32,000 bases of DNA, taken from Candidatus Saccharimonadota bacterium (GTDB taxonomy: Bacteria > Bacteroidota > Bacteroidia > Flavobacteriales > Blattabacteriaceae). The notes below the pieces were generated by a model. That model was not told the origin of the DNA. It saw nothing but the letters and a program-made list of their open reading frames with translations, and did no database searches. The stretch lies in contig NZ_CP059223.1 of the NCBI RefSeq assembly GCF_014252415.1, positions 510,001 to 542,000 on the forward strand. The letters are read 5' to 3'. Position numbers and translations under genes: made by a program. How positions within the stretch are numbered: the first letter of the stretch is position 1; each line of letters opens with the position of its first letter. Shown piece by piece: positions 1 to 8,650 of this stretch.

Positions 1-126
1 TATAATTCCTTAACAAAGGTAGTTAGAAAATATTTTAGTATTTTAATAAAAAATTTAAATTAAATTTTATTATATATTTATATAATTTCATACATTCATT
101 ATAATTTTTTTATATTAAAATTTATA

Positions 127-294
127 ATGAAAAATATTTTATTTATTAGCATTGAAGAAAGTTTTTTTATTATATTCATAGCTATATTAATTTTTGGACC
201 AAAAAATATCCCTGGAATAGCTAGAGGATTAGGAGATGGAATAAGATTTTTAAAAAAAGCTAAAAAAAAAATTAGGGATGAAATTGAGTGGTAA
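127..294 (+). CDS. tatA: Sec-independent (Tat) translocase subunit TatA/E, 55 aa. It is not in the supplied ORF track, probably because it is too short.
   Basis: Hand translation from ATG 127 to TAA 292-294 gives MKNILFISIEESFFIIFIAILIFGPKNIPGIARGLGDGIRFLKKAKKKIRDEIEW. This has one N-terminal TM helix, then the TatA hinge motif FGP-K-x-(I/L)P, then an amphipathic basic helix (GLGxGIRxFKKA). Confidence 0.8.
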   Translation: MKNILFISIEESFFIIFIAILIFGPKNIPGIARGLGDGIRFLKKAKKKIRDEIEW

Positions 295-295
295 A

Positions 296-2404
296 TTATT
301 TTAAGTAAAATTTTATTTTAGATTTTTCTAATAATATATCACTTAATTTTTCCAATAAATTTTTTCTCAAATTATTATTTAAATATTCCATATTATATAA
401 ATAATCATCTAATTTTTTATTTTTAGAAAAACATTTTTTAGATCTTATAAAAAAGACTCCATTTGTTCCTAAAATAGGATTAGACGTTATATTTTTTTCT
501 AATGAAAATGCAGCACCTGATACTTTTGGCTCTTTTACAAAATTTATTGTAGAATTGTGAAAATTTATTTCATATGATTTATGTATTTTTTTCGAAAAAT
601 CATGGGAAATTTGTTCTAAATTTTTATTATAATATTCTTTATATAATTTTTTATAAATTTTTTTATTTATAAGATTAGGAACTAGTTGATTTATTTCTTT
701 CATGGAGGCTTTTCCTTTATTAATCGCATATAAATATGTTATAAAATAATTATTATTTGAATCAAAAAATATTTTTGTATCTCCCTTTTTTCTATCTTTT
801 TGAAAAGACCAATTAATTATATCTTTATCTAATTCAGTATTTAATCCATTAATATTCCATTGATTTTCTTTAATTTCTTCTAAAAATAAAGATTCAATTT
901 TTTCTTTTCTTGCATTATTAATTATCTGATTTAAATTATAATTTTTATTTTTTGATAAAAATAGATTTACATTTTTATAAACTTTATCTATAGTTTTTTT
1001 TGATGGATTTAATGTTTTTATTAAAACACCAAATTGATATGCATTTTTTATATTTTTTTGATCATCTATTCTAATAATATGATAACCAAAATTAGTTTCA
1101 ATAAGACCTATAGATCCTATTTTATTTTTTATAGAAAAAATATTAAAATTTTTTTTTGTTATATTTTGATTATCATATTTTATCCATCCTAATTGACCAT
1201 TACTTTTTCCTAAATTTATAAAATCATCTGATTTTTTTAAAAGTAAATTAAAAGTATTAGGATTTTTTTTTAATTTTAAAAATATATTTTTTATAATGTT
1301 TATTGCTTCTTTTTTATTTCTTTTATTTAGTGAATAAATAGAGTTTTTATGCGATATTAAAATATGACTAACTAATACTGAATCAAATATTTTTTTTTCC
1401 CCAGTTAATTTAATTATAATATAGTTATTTCTATCTTTTATAGGACCAATTACATTTCCTATTTTATTTTTTTTCTTTAATAAGAACTTAAAAATAGGAG
1501 GTATAAAATCTTTTGTATAAAAATTATAATCAAATGGTATCTCAGAATTTTTAGATATTAAATCAAAATGATTATAATTATGTTTTAATTTATATGAAAA
1601 ATTATTTACAATTTTCCTCATATTATTCTCATCTTCTAATGAAGGAATAGAACGAAATATAATGATACTTATGTTTCTTAAATTATTTTTTTTATATAAA
1701 GATTGATGTTTATCAACATAATTATATAAATCATTTTTTGATATATGAATATTATATTTTTTCTCTATTTCTGGATATGGAATCAATATATAATCTATGA
1801 TTGAAAAATTATTTTTATTTTTAAAATTTAATTTTACTTCTTGATCTGTAACGTTTAATCCATACATTAACATTTCTGCATATTTTTTTGCAACTATTTT
1901 ATCCTTTATACTATTTTTTTGATACTCCCAAATTTTTTTTTCAGATTTTACTTGAGGAAATATTCCGTATGGTAATTTATATAAATTTTGTACATATAAT
2001 TTAAATTTTTTGATATTCATTTTACCATCAATTGTTTTAAAATCATTAATTTTATTATATATAGAATTAGTTTCTATAAATTCCCAAAAATCTTTCCCCG
2101 TATTTTTTATTCCTAATTTATATCCTTGTTGACTTAATAATTTCTCATTGATTAATAGTCTCCATGCGTCATTTTTTAAATTAAATTCAGATTTTTTACC
2201 CATAAATTTTCTTAAAAATTCTAAACAATTTTCATATTCTTTTTTAGAAATATTATCCCCATTTATACTTCCAACAGAATTATAATGACTTATAAAAATT
2301 TTTTGAATAAAATTAGGATCTATAATGAAAAATAATAAAGAAAAACTAATTAATGATAATATTATCCACGTATTTTTTCTTATTTTATTTAAAAAATTCA
2401 TCAC
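296..2404 (-). CDS. ppiD: Membrane-anchored periplasmic peptidyl-prolyl isomerase or chaperone, PpiD/SurA-like with a parvulin domain
   Basis: The 702-aa ORF has an N-terminal TM segment (WIILSLISFSLLFFII). It carries a parvulin-type rotamase region (VSHILISHK...GQLGWIKY...GLIETNFGYHIIRID) inside a long SurA-N/PpiD-like scaffold. The track start at 2404 is GTG; the ATG one codon downstream (2401) is the more likely start. Confidence 0.8.
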   Translation of the reverse strand: MMNFLNKIRKNTWIILSLISFSLLFFIIDPNFIQKIFISHYNSVGSINGDNISKKEYENCLEFLRKFMGKKSEFNLKNDAWRLLINEKLLSQQGYKLGIKNTGKDFWEFIETNSIYNKINDFKTIDGKMNIKKFKLYVQNLYKLPYGIFPQVKSEKKIWEYQKNSIKDKIVAKKYAEMLMYGLNVTDQEVKLNFKNKNNFSIIDYILIPYPEIEKKYNIHISKNDLYNYVDKHQSLYKKNNLRNISIIIFRSIPSLEDENNMRKIVNNFSYKLKHNYNHFDLISKNSEIPFDYNFYTKDFIPPIFKFLLKKKNKIGNVIGPIKDRNNYIIIKLTGEKKIFDSVLVSHILISHKNSIYSLNKRNKKEAINIIKNIFLKLKKNPNTFNLLLKKSDDFINLGKSNGQLGWIKYDNQNITKKNFNIFSIKNKIGSIGLIETNFGYHIIRIDDQKNIKNAYQFGVLIKTLNPSKKTIDKVYKNVNLFLSKNKNYNLNQIINNARKEKIESLFLEEIKENQWNINGLNTELDKDIINWSFQKDRKKGDTKIFFDSNNNYFITYLYAINKGKASMKEINQLVPNLINKKIYKKLYKEYYNKNLEQISHDFSKKIHKSYEINFHNSTINFVKEPKVSGAAFSLEKNITSNPILGTNGVFFIRSKKCFSKNKKLDDYLYNMEYLNNNLRKNLLEKLSDILLEKSKIKFYLK

Positions 2405-3671
2405 TTTTTTTTTTTTTGTAGAAAATTACTTCTTCTATTTTGTTTTTAGAAACTTTTATAATTTCAATATAAAAATCTTGATTGATTGAAATTTTATCTC
2501 CATTATTCGGAATATTTCCTGTATGAGTGACTATTAATCCACCTAATGTTTTATATTCATCAGATTTTGGGATGTCTAAATTATATTTTGAATTAATAAA
2601 ATCTACCTCTAGACGTGCAGAAAATAAAAATTTATTATTATTTATTTTTTTATCCAATAAAAAAATTTCATCATGTTCATCTTTTATATCTCCAAGAAAT
2701 TCTTCCAAGATATCTTCTATAGTAATTAAACCAGCTGTTCCTCCATATTCATCTAATATAATAGCGATACTAATCTTTTTTCTAATTAAAATATCCATTA
2801 TTTCTCTTACTGAAGTATTAATATAAAATAATTCTATAGGTCTAATAATGGATTTATCTAAATTTTTAGGTTTTTTAAAAAATTCTAGATAATGAACATA
2901 CCCTATAATGTTATCTATATTATCTTTATAAATAACAATTTTTGATAATCCACTTTTTGTAAATAAATTACGTATATGATCAACAGAAGATTCTATTATA
3001 TTGGAAGATATTATTTCTTTTCTTGGTACTATACATTCTCTTGCTTTTTTTTCATAAAAATTTAATGCTTTATGAAAAATATCAATTTTATATTCTGATA
3101 CTGATCCAGTTTTTTTTAAATTACATCTTACACTTTTTGATATAAAATTAATTAAATCATTTTTGTCAAAAATTTTTTTTTTGAAATCTTTTTCCCCCCC
3201 CAAAATTTTTAAAAAAAAATTAGAAATACAAATAATCAAGTTTGTAATAGGTGTAAAAATTTTATATATAATATATACAGGAATTATAAATAATGTTAAT
3301 AATTCATTTGAATATATACTAAATATCATCTTTGGAATAAACTCTCCAATTATTAAAATAATAATAGTAGATATTATAGTTTCTAAAATAAATAACCATA
3401 TAGAATTATCAAAATATGAAAATAATAAAAAAAATATTTTATTCATATAAATACCATAGATAACCAAAGATATAGTATTCCCGATTAACATGGTTGTCAT
3501 TAATTTTTGATAATTATTTATACATTCATAAAGTATTTTATAACGAATGGAATTTTTCTTTTTTTCCAGTTCTACTTGAAATAAATTACAAGAAATTATA
3601 GCCATTTCTATTCCAGAAAAAAAAGAAGAAATTAGTATAGAAATACTAACTATACTAATGTAAAAAATCAT
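2385..3671 (-). CDS. CNNM/TlyC-family membrane protein (DUF21 + tandem CBS + CorC_HlyC), GldE-like or 'hemolysin'-like
   Basis: The 428-aa ORF has about four N-terminal TM helices (DUF21 pattern, GEFIPK motif). Two CBS-like repeats follow (ECIVPRKEI..., IAIILDEYGGTAGLITIEDILEEFLGDIKDEHD), then a C-terminal CorC/HlyC-like domain. Its 3' end overlaps the ppiD start by about 17-20 nt. Confidence 0.8.
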   Translation of the reverse strand: MIFYISIVSISILISSFFSGIEMAIISCNLFQVELEKKKNSIRYKILYECINNYQKLMTTMLIGNTISLVIYGIYMNKIFFLLFSYFDNSIWLFILETIISTIIILIIGEFIPKMIFSIYSNELLTLFIIPVYIIYKIFTPITNLIICISNFFLKILGGEKDFKKKIFDKNDLINFISKSVRCNLKKTGSVSEYKIDIFHKALNFYEKKARECIVPRKEIISSNIIESSVDHIRNLFTKSGLSKIVIYKDNIDNIIGYVHYLEFFKKPKNLDKSIIRPIELFYINTSVREIMDILIRKKISIAIILDEYGGTAGLITIEDILEEFLGDIKDEHDEIFLLDKKINNNKFLFSARLEVDFINSKYNLDIPKSDEYKTLGGLIVTHTGNIPNNGDKISINQDFYIEIIKVSKNKIEEVIFYKKKKSDEFFK

Positions 3672-3682
3672 TTTTTATATTC

Positions 3683-4225
3683 TTATAAAGGAAGAATTCC
3701 ACTAATATCTTTTAATTTAAATTTTTTAAAGTCCTCGGATATATTTATACCTTTTTTTGCGTATAAAATTGCTCCATTTAAATCGGATATTATTATATTT
3801 TTTTCATTAAAAATTTTTTTATTTTTTTTATCCCAAAAAATTTCTTCTGTTTTCAAAAAAAATTTATTAGGATTCAATATCCTAATGTTTCCTTTTATAT
3901 GATAAAAAATATTTTTAAATGATTTCATCCAATTTCCTCTAATATAAATACATTGATTTCTATGATTATTTTTATAGATAACTAAACAAATTCCATCAGG
4001 AAATAATGTATGAAAATTATATTCTTTAATTAAAGGTGAATATATAATATATTTTGTAAATCCATTTTCTTTAAACAAAATACTTGTTTTAACAAAAATA
4101 TTTACTGGTAAATAATTTTTACGATATTTATTAATTTTATTTATTTCATTATTATTATATGATTTATTATCATTGCATGATGAAAAAAATAATAAAAAAA
4201 ATATAATAACGAATTTTTTTAGTAT
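3683..4225 (-). CDS. Small envelope lipoprotein, LptC-like (LPS export periplasmic protein). The true start is probably upstream of the track's TTG at 4078.
   Basis: The track ORF (3683..4078) starts at TTG. The frame stays open upstream to 4255 and encodes ...ILKKFVIIFFLLFFSSCNDNKS..., a textbook lipoprotein signal peptide (KK n-region, hydrophobic core, Cys). The mature part (FPDGICLVIY...KGNIRILNPNKFFLKTEEIFWDKKNKKIF...ISDLNGAILYAKKGINISEDFKKFKLKDISG) resembles the LptC/OstA-like beta-jellyroll pattern. The functional call is from memory of the family, not from a search. Confidence 0.45.
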   Translation of the reverse strand: MLKKFVIIFFLLFFSSCNDNKSYNNNEINKINKYRKNYLPVNIFVKTSILFKENGFTKYIIYSPLIKEYNFHTLFPDGICLVIYKNNHRNQCIYIRGNWMKSFKNIFYHIKGNIRILNPNKFFLKTEEIFWDKKNKKIFNEKNIIISDLNGAILYAKKGINISEDFKKFKLKDISGILPL

Positions 4226-4246
4226 ACTACTTATTATTATTATTTT

Positions 4247-4254
4247 TAATTTTG
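4247..4254 (+). promoter_or_regulatory. Candidate Bacteroidetes-type -7 promoter box (TAnnTTTG) for tRNA-Phe
   Basis: TAATTTTG lies 36 nt upstream of the tRNA 5' end. The motif is short, and chance occurrence in AT-rich DNA is appreciable. Confidence 0.25.
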
Positions 4255-4289
4255 TTTATTTTGTAAAATTTACATAAAAAAATAATAAT

Positions 4290-4362
4290 GGTATCTTAGC
4301 TCAGTTGGTAGAGCAAAGGACTGAAAATCCTTGTGTCCCCGGTTCGATTCCGGGAGATACCA
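4290..4362 (+). tRNA. tRNA-Phe (anticodon GAA), 73 nt, with no genomically encoded CCA
   Basis: The hand-folded cloverleaf is complete: acceptor GGTATCT/AGATACC, D-arm GCTC-AGTTGGTA-GAGC, anticodon stem AAGGA/TCCTT with loop CTGAAAA, variable loop GTGTC, T-arm CCCGG-TTCGATT-CCGGG, discriminator A. The downstream bases are CAA, not CCA. Confidence 0.95.
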
Positions 4363-4366
4363 CAAT

Positions 4367-6883
4367 TTATATAAAATGAATATTTCCTATATTAAAATTT
4401 AATTTCCATTTTTTATAAAAATCATTTTTAATCGAATTTAATGGATATGATATATCTAATTCTAATATTCCAAATGGATAACAAATACAACGTAATCCAA
4501 ATCCAAAAGATTTATTCATTTCTAATGATGTTAAAGATTCATAACTATTACCGATATTTCCTGCTTCCAAAAAAGAATTTAAATATGTTTTAAAATTATT
4601 ATTTGATCCATTGATTAAATAATTCATTTCTAATGAAATTTTTTTGTAATTAGTACCTCCATCTTTTGACATTTCATAAAATGAATTTTCTTCTGGGAAA
4701 TCGTAACCTTTTAAGGGAATATGATTTTCTCCTAATTTTTTTGATGTACCTCCCATATAAAATATATCAAATGGTGTTAATTTTCTTCCAGAAGATGTAT
4801 TATAAATTCCTGAATGACCTAATTCACCTTGACATTTTAAAACTAAATTTTCTTTAATTTTTTTATAAAAATTTCCTAGTAATTTTAATTGAAAATGTTC
4901 AGACCAAATATTATCTTTTTTTGAAAATTTTTTTTTTTCAAACCATGAATATGGAGGACTAGCTGAAAAATCTAATTTAAAATTTGATCCATCAGTAGGA
5001 AAAAAAGTATCTGGGGATATAGTATTCCTTTTTAAGGACAAAGAATAAAATAAATTATTAATTTTATATACATTATTATTATTACATGTTTTTATATAAT
5101 CAGTTTCCTTAGGAAATATCAATCTTTCTCCATTTATAGAAGATGAAATATTGGAATTATAATCTAAAAGATTTATATTTTTATTTAATCCAATAGATAC
5201 TCCAATTTTTTTTAAAAATAATGGATTATTTTCGTCAATTAAACAATATTGATTATTAAATAGACTTTCATTGTTCGTTATTCTATTAATAGAATAATTT
5301 GTATCCATATTTAATGCAGTTGGATTATCCTTATTTATCCAAGGTTTTAAAAAAGAAAATCCAACAGATTTTATATATTTTCCTAGTTGACCATGAATTG
5401 TTATTTTCTCACCTTCTCCTTGAGGTATAGGATGCCAATATTTCCAATTTATAATATCTTTAATAGAAAAATTATTTAAAATAAATTTAAAGCCTCCAGT
5501 AAATTTTTTTATATCATTTCCTATAACTCCCCCATAAAATTTTAATTCATTATTATTTTTTTCTAGTACATGCCATTCTATATCTATAGATTTATTATCA
5601 ATAGGAATAATTTTAAAATAGACTTTATCAAAAAGAGATAAATTTTCTATATTATGTAAACTTTCCATAAGTTTATCAATAGAAAAAATATGTTTATTAT
5701 AAATTTTTATTTCTTTTTTAATTATATAATCTTTAGTAATTTTATTTCCTAATATTTTTATATTTCTAATATAAACAGGAGAATTTTCTTTTATTAGAAT
5801 TTTTATATCAATTTTATTATTATTTCTTATTTTTTCTATCGGAATTAAATTGATAAATAAATGTCCAAGTTTAAAATAATTATTTATTATACTTGAAGTT
5901 TTTGTATTAAAAATACTTTCTGTTAATTTGACTTTATTATAAATAGTTTCATTTTTATTTTTATGCAATAAAATATTTTTTAAAAAATCCTTACTGATTT
6001 TTTCATTTCCCATAAATTTAACATTTCCTAAATAATATTTTTTTCCTTCAGCTATTTTTATTCTTATTCCATAATTTCCTGATTTAGTTTTCCAAACTGA
6101 TTCTAAAAGAACTTTAGCAAACCTATAACCTATAGATTGATATTTTTCTTTTATTTTTTCTAAATACTGATTGATATTATTATGAATAAAAAAATGATTA
6201 TGTTTATTTATTAATAATGATAAAAAGGATTGATCTCCATTTATAATCCGAAGTAATTCTTTATTACTTATTGCATAGTTTCCATAAAAAATAAATTTTT
6301 CTATTTTAACTTTTTTTCCTTTTTTAATAGAAAAAAATAATATATTTTTATTATTTTCTTGTTTTATATTAGAATCGATAGTTACTTCATTATAACCATT
6401 TTCTTGATAATAATTTTTTATCTCATTTTTGATTTCCTGAATCATAGATTCGGAGATGGGCGTTCCTTTTTTGATATCTTTTATAATGGAAAAATTATTT
6501 TTAATAATCGATCCATCACTTTGTAATTGAATGTCATGTATTTCATTTAAATCCTTGATTTCAAAAACTAAATCAATTTTATTTTTATTTTCGTTACATT
6601 TATAAACAGATATATCTTCGAATAATTTACTAGCCCAAAGTTTTTTTATAATATTATTAATTGTTACTCCGTATGAGTCTATCAATGCTCCAGGACCAAT
6701 CCCTGATATTTTAGAAATAAATTCTTTATCATATTTTGTTTTTCCTTTAACATAAATATCGTTTATTATGATAGTACTATCTATAGTACTATCTTTTGTA
6801 TCTTGATTTTTTTCATCACTGGAATACAAAGAATTTATTGATATTGTAAAAAAAATAAAATAAAGAAATAATTTTTTTTTCAT
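4367..6883 (-). CDS. bamA: Outer membrane protein assembly factor BamA (Omp85/YaeT)
   Basis: The 838-aa ORF has a signal peptide (MKKKLFLYFIFFTISINSLYSS). Repeated POTRA-like modules occupy the N-terminal half. The C-terminal half is rich in aromatic and Gly residues like a beta-barrel and ends in ...WKLNFNIGNIHFI (terminal aromatic). It sits directly downstream of uppS, as in other Bacteroidetes. Confidence 0.9.
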   Translation of the reverse strand: MKKKLFLYFIFFTISINSLYSSDEKNQDTKDSTIDSTIIINDIYVKGKTKYDKEFISKISGIGPGALIDSYGVTINNIIKKLWASKLFEDISVYKCNENKNKIDLVFEIKDLNEIHDIQLQSDGSIIKNNFSIIKDIKKGTPISESMIQEIKNEIKNYYQENGYNEVTIDSNIKQENNKNILFFSIKKGKKVKIEKFIFYGNYAISNKELLRIINGDQSFLSLLINKHNHFFIHNNINQYLEKIKEKYQSIGYRFAKVLLESVWKTKSGNYGIRIKIAEGKKYYLGNVKFMGNEKISKDFLKNILLHKNKNETIYNKVKLTESIFNTKTSSIINNYFKLGHLFINLIPIEKIRNNNKIDIKILIKENSPVYIRNIKILGNKITKDYIIKKEIKIYNKHIFSIDKLMESLHNIENLSLFDKVYFKIIPIDNKSIDIEWHVLEKNNNELKFYGGVIGNDIKKFTGGFKFILNNFSIKDIINWKYWHPIPQGEGEKITIHGQLGKYIKSVGFSFLKPWINKDNPTALNMDTNYSINRITNNESLFNNQYCLIDENNPLFLKKIGVSIGLNKNINLLDYNSNISSSINGERLIFPKETDYIKTCNNNNVYKINNLFYSLSLKRNTISPDTFFPTDGSNFKLDFSASPPYSWFEKKKFSKKDNIWSEHFQLKLLGNFYKKIKENLVLKCQGELGHSGIYNTSSGRKLTPFDIFYMGGTSKKLGENHIPLKGYDFPEENSFYEMSKDGGTNYKKISLEMNYLINGSNNNFKTYLNSFLEAGNIGNSYESLTSLEMNKSFGFGLRCICYPFGILELDISYPLNSIKNDFYKKWKLNFNIGNIHFI

Positions 6884-6896
6884 TAAATTTTATAAA

Positions 6897-7625
6897 TTAA
6901 ATATTACCGAAACGACGTTTTCTTTTTTGATAGTTAATTATAGCCTCAATAAAATCTTTTTTTCTAAAATCTGGCCATAAAGTATCAGTAAAATATAATT
7001 CTGCATAAGCAGATTGCCACAATAAAAAATTACTTATACGTTTTTCACCACTAGTTCGTATTATAAGATCTACATCAGGAAAATTTTTTGTATATAAATG
7101 ATTTTGAAAAAAATTATAATCAATGTCTTTTATTTTTGATTCTCCACTGTGTATTTTTTTTGCTATATTTTTGGTAGCCCTTATAATTTCTTCTTTTGCA
7201 CTATAACTTAATGCTAAAGTTAATGTCCCAGATTTATTATTTTTTGTTTTTTTCATAAAAAAAACTAAATCATTTTTTATTTTTTCTGAAAATTTTGATA
7301 ATTCTCCTATGATAATAATTCTTATATTTCTTTTGTGAATTACTTCCAAATAATTTTTTAAATTTTTATATAATAATTTTATTAATTCATCAATTTCTTT
7401 TTTAGGTCTATTCCAATTTTCATGAGAAAAAACATATAATGTTATATATGGAATAGATAATTCTTTACATGCATTTAAAGTATCTATTGTAGAATAAATA
7501 CCTTTTTCATGCCCAAATTTTCTTGATTTTCCTCTTTTTTCAGCCCAACGACCATTTCCATCCATAATAATAGCAACATGATTAGGTATATTATTGTAAT
7601 CTATTTTTTTCAATAAATTTTCCAT
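6897..7625 (-). CDS. uppS: Undecaprenyl (isoprenyl) diphosphate synthase
   Basis: The 242-aa ORF carries cis-prenyltransferase motifs: HVAIIMDGNGRWA, ITLYVFSHENWNRP and RTSGEKRISNFLLWQSAYAELYF. Confidence 0.93.
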   Translation of the reverse strand: MENLLKKIDYNNIPNHVAIIMDGNGRWAEKRGKSRKFGHEKGIYSTIDTLNACKELSIPYITLYVFSHENWNRPKKEIDELIKLLYKNLKNYLEVIHKRNIRIIIIGELSKFSEKIKNDLVFFMKKTKNNKSGTLTLALSYSAKEEIIRATKNIAKKIHSGESKIKDIDYNFFQNHLYTKNFPDVDLIIRTSGEKRISNFLLWQSAYAELYFTDTLWPDFRKKDFIEAIINYQKRKRRFGNI

Positions 7626-7689
7626 ATAAAAAATTATGATCGTAATATAAAATTATCTATAAATATAGATATAAATTTTTCATATTATT

Positions 7690-8571
7690 TTAATTTCTTT
7701 GATCCATTCCCCATAATAATTTTTCTCTTAGTGTTTTATAATAAGCATTTTTATTTTCTTGATATATATATATATAAAATGGAGCTTTTTGAATATATAA
7801 CTCATTTTCTTTTCTTAAAGAAACTAATCTAGTATCCATAGATAATGAAAAATATTTTACACGACTATGTACTTTTAATCGTATATTTTTATTATCAGAT
7901 ATAACTAATGGACGTGAAAATAAATTATGGGGGGATATTGGTGTAAGAATAAAATTTTTATTATCAGGACTAATAATAGGTCCACCACAACTTAAAGAAT
8001 ATCCAGTTGATCCAGTAGGGGTAGATACTATTAATCCATCTGACCAATAGGAAGTTAAAAATTCACCATCAATAAAAACATCAATAGTAATCATAGAAAC
8101 AGTTTTTTCCCTAAAAATAACAATCTCATTTAAGGCAAAATTAAATGATGTACTCAAATTATTTATGGATGTTTTTAATTCTAATAAACTTCTAGGAAGA
8201 ATATCTAACTTTTTATTAAAAATATTGTCAATATTTTTAATAAAAACATCTTTACTGAAAGTTGCTAAAAAACCTAAATTTCCTGTATTAACTCCAACTA
8301 TAGGTAGTTTAGAGTCTTTAACAAAATTAATAGCAGATAAAATTGTTCCATCCCCACCAAAAGTAAACATTAAATCAAAATTTTTTATTTCTTTACAACT
8401 AGAAAAAGAAGATAAATTTAATTTGTAAAATTCTTTAAATGAATTTAATATATTTAAAAAATATTTTTCAACATATATTTCTATTGAATTATTAAAAATA
8501 TATTGTAAAAATTTATATAAATAAATTATATTACATTTTTCTAACTTTTGTCCATATACAGCTACTTTCAT
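7690..8571 (-). CDS. nadK: NAD+ kinase
   Basis: The 293-aa ORF carries the GGDGT motif (FTFGGDGTILSA), NEIV, and the STPTGSTGYSLSCGGPI conserved block. Confidence 0.9.
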   Translation of the reverse strand: MKVAVYGQKLEKCNIIYLYKFLQYIFNNSIEIYVEKYFLNILNSFKEFYKLNLSSFSSCKEIKNFDLMFTFGGDGTILSAINFVKDSKLPIVGVNTGNLGFLATFSKDVFIKNIDNIFNKKLDILPRSLLELKTSINNLSTSFNFALNEIVIFREKTVSMITIDVFIDGEFLTSYWSDGLIVSTPTGSTGYSLSCGGPIISPDNKNFILTPISPHNLFSRPLVISDNKNIRLKVHSRVKYFSLSMDTRLVSLRKENELYIQKAPFYIYIYQENKNAYYKTLREKLLWGMDQRN

Positions 8572-8602
8572 TTTTTATTTTTTGTGTATAATATTATTTT
8601 TA

Positions 8603-8610
8603 TAAATTTG
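8603..8610 (+). promoter_or_regulatory. Candidate -7 box (TAnnTTTG), with a TTG about 18 nt upstream, for the GHMP-kinase/rluB/aroQ transcription unit
   Basis: TAAATTTG is at 8603-8610, with TTG at 8582-8584, 41 nt upstream of the ATG at 8651. It lies in the divergent nadK/GHMP-kinase intergenic region. Confidence 0.3.
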
Positions 8611-8650
8611 AATCAAAATTTGAATTAAAACTTTATTAAGTTTTTTAAAA

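Noticed and set aside
1-63. Open frame 1 running from the window edge to TAA at 61-63 (...YNSLTKVVRKYFSILIKNLN*), possibly the 3' end of an upstream plus-strand gene
   Set aside because: Only 20 codons are visible and there is no recognisable motif. I cannot support a call.
2362-2370. TTATCCACG, an 8/9 match to the DnaA box TTATCCACA
   Set aside because: It is a single copy inside the ppiD coding sequence with no cluster of boxes and no adjacent AT-rich unwinding element distinct from background. It is not evidence for an origin.
2527-3450. Two plus-strand ORFs (2527-2826, 99 aa; 3163-3450, 95 aa)
   Set aside because: Both lie wholly inside, and antisense to, the well-supported CNNM/CBS gene. 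Their low-complexity I/F/K/S-rich translations are typical of shadow ORFs in AT-rich DNA.
4666-4857. Plus-strand 63-aa ORF
   Set aside because: It is antisense shadow within bamA and has no motifs.
8165-8428. Plus-strand 87-aa ORF
   Set aside because: It is antisense shadow within nadK, opposite the GGDGT region.
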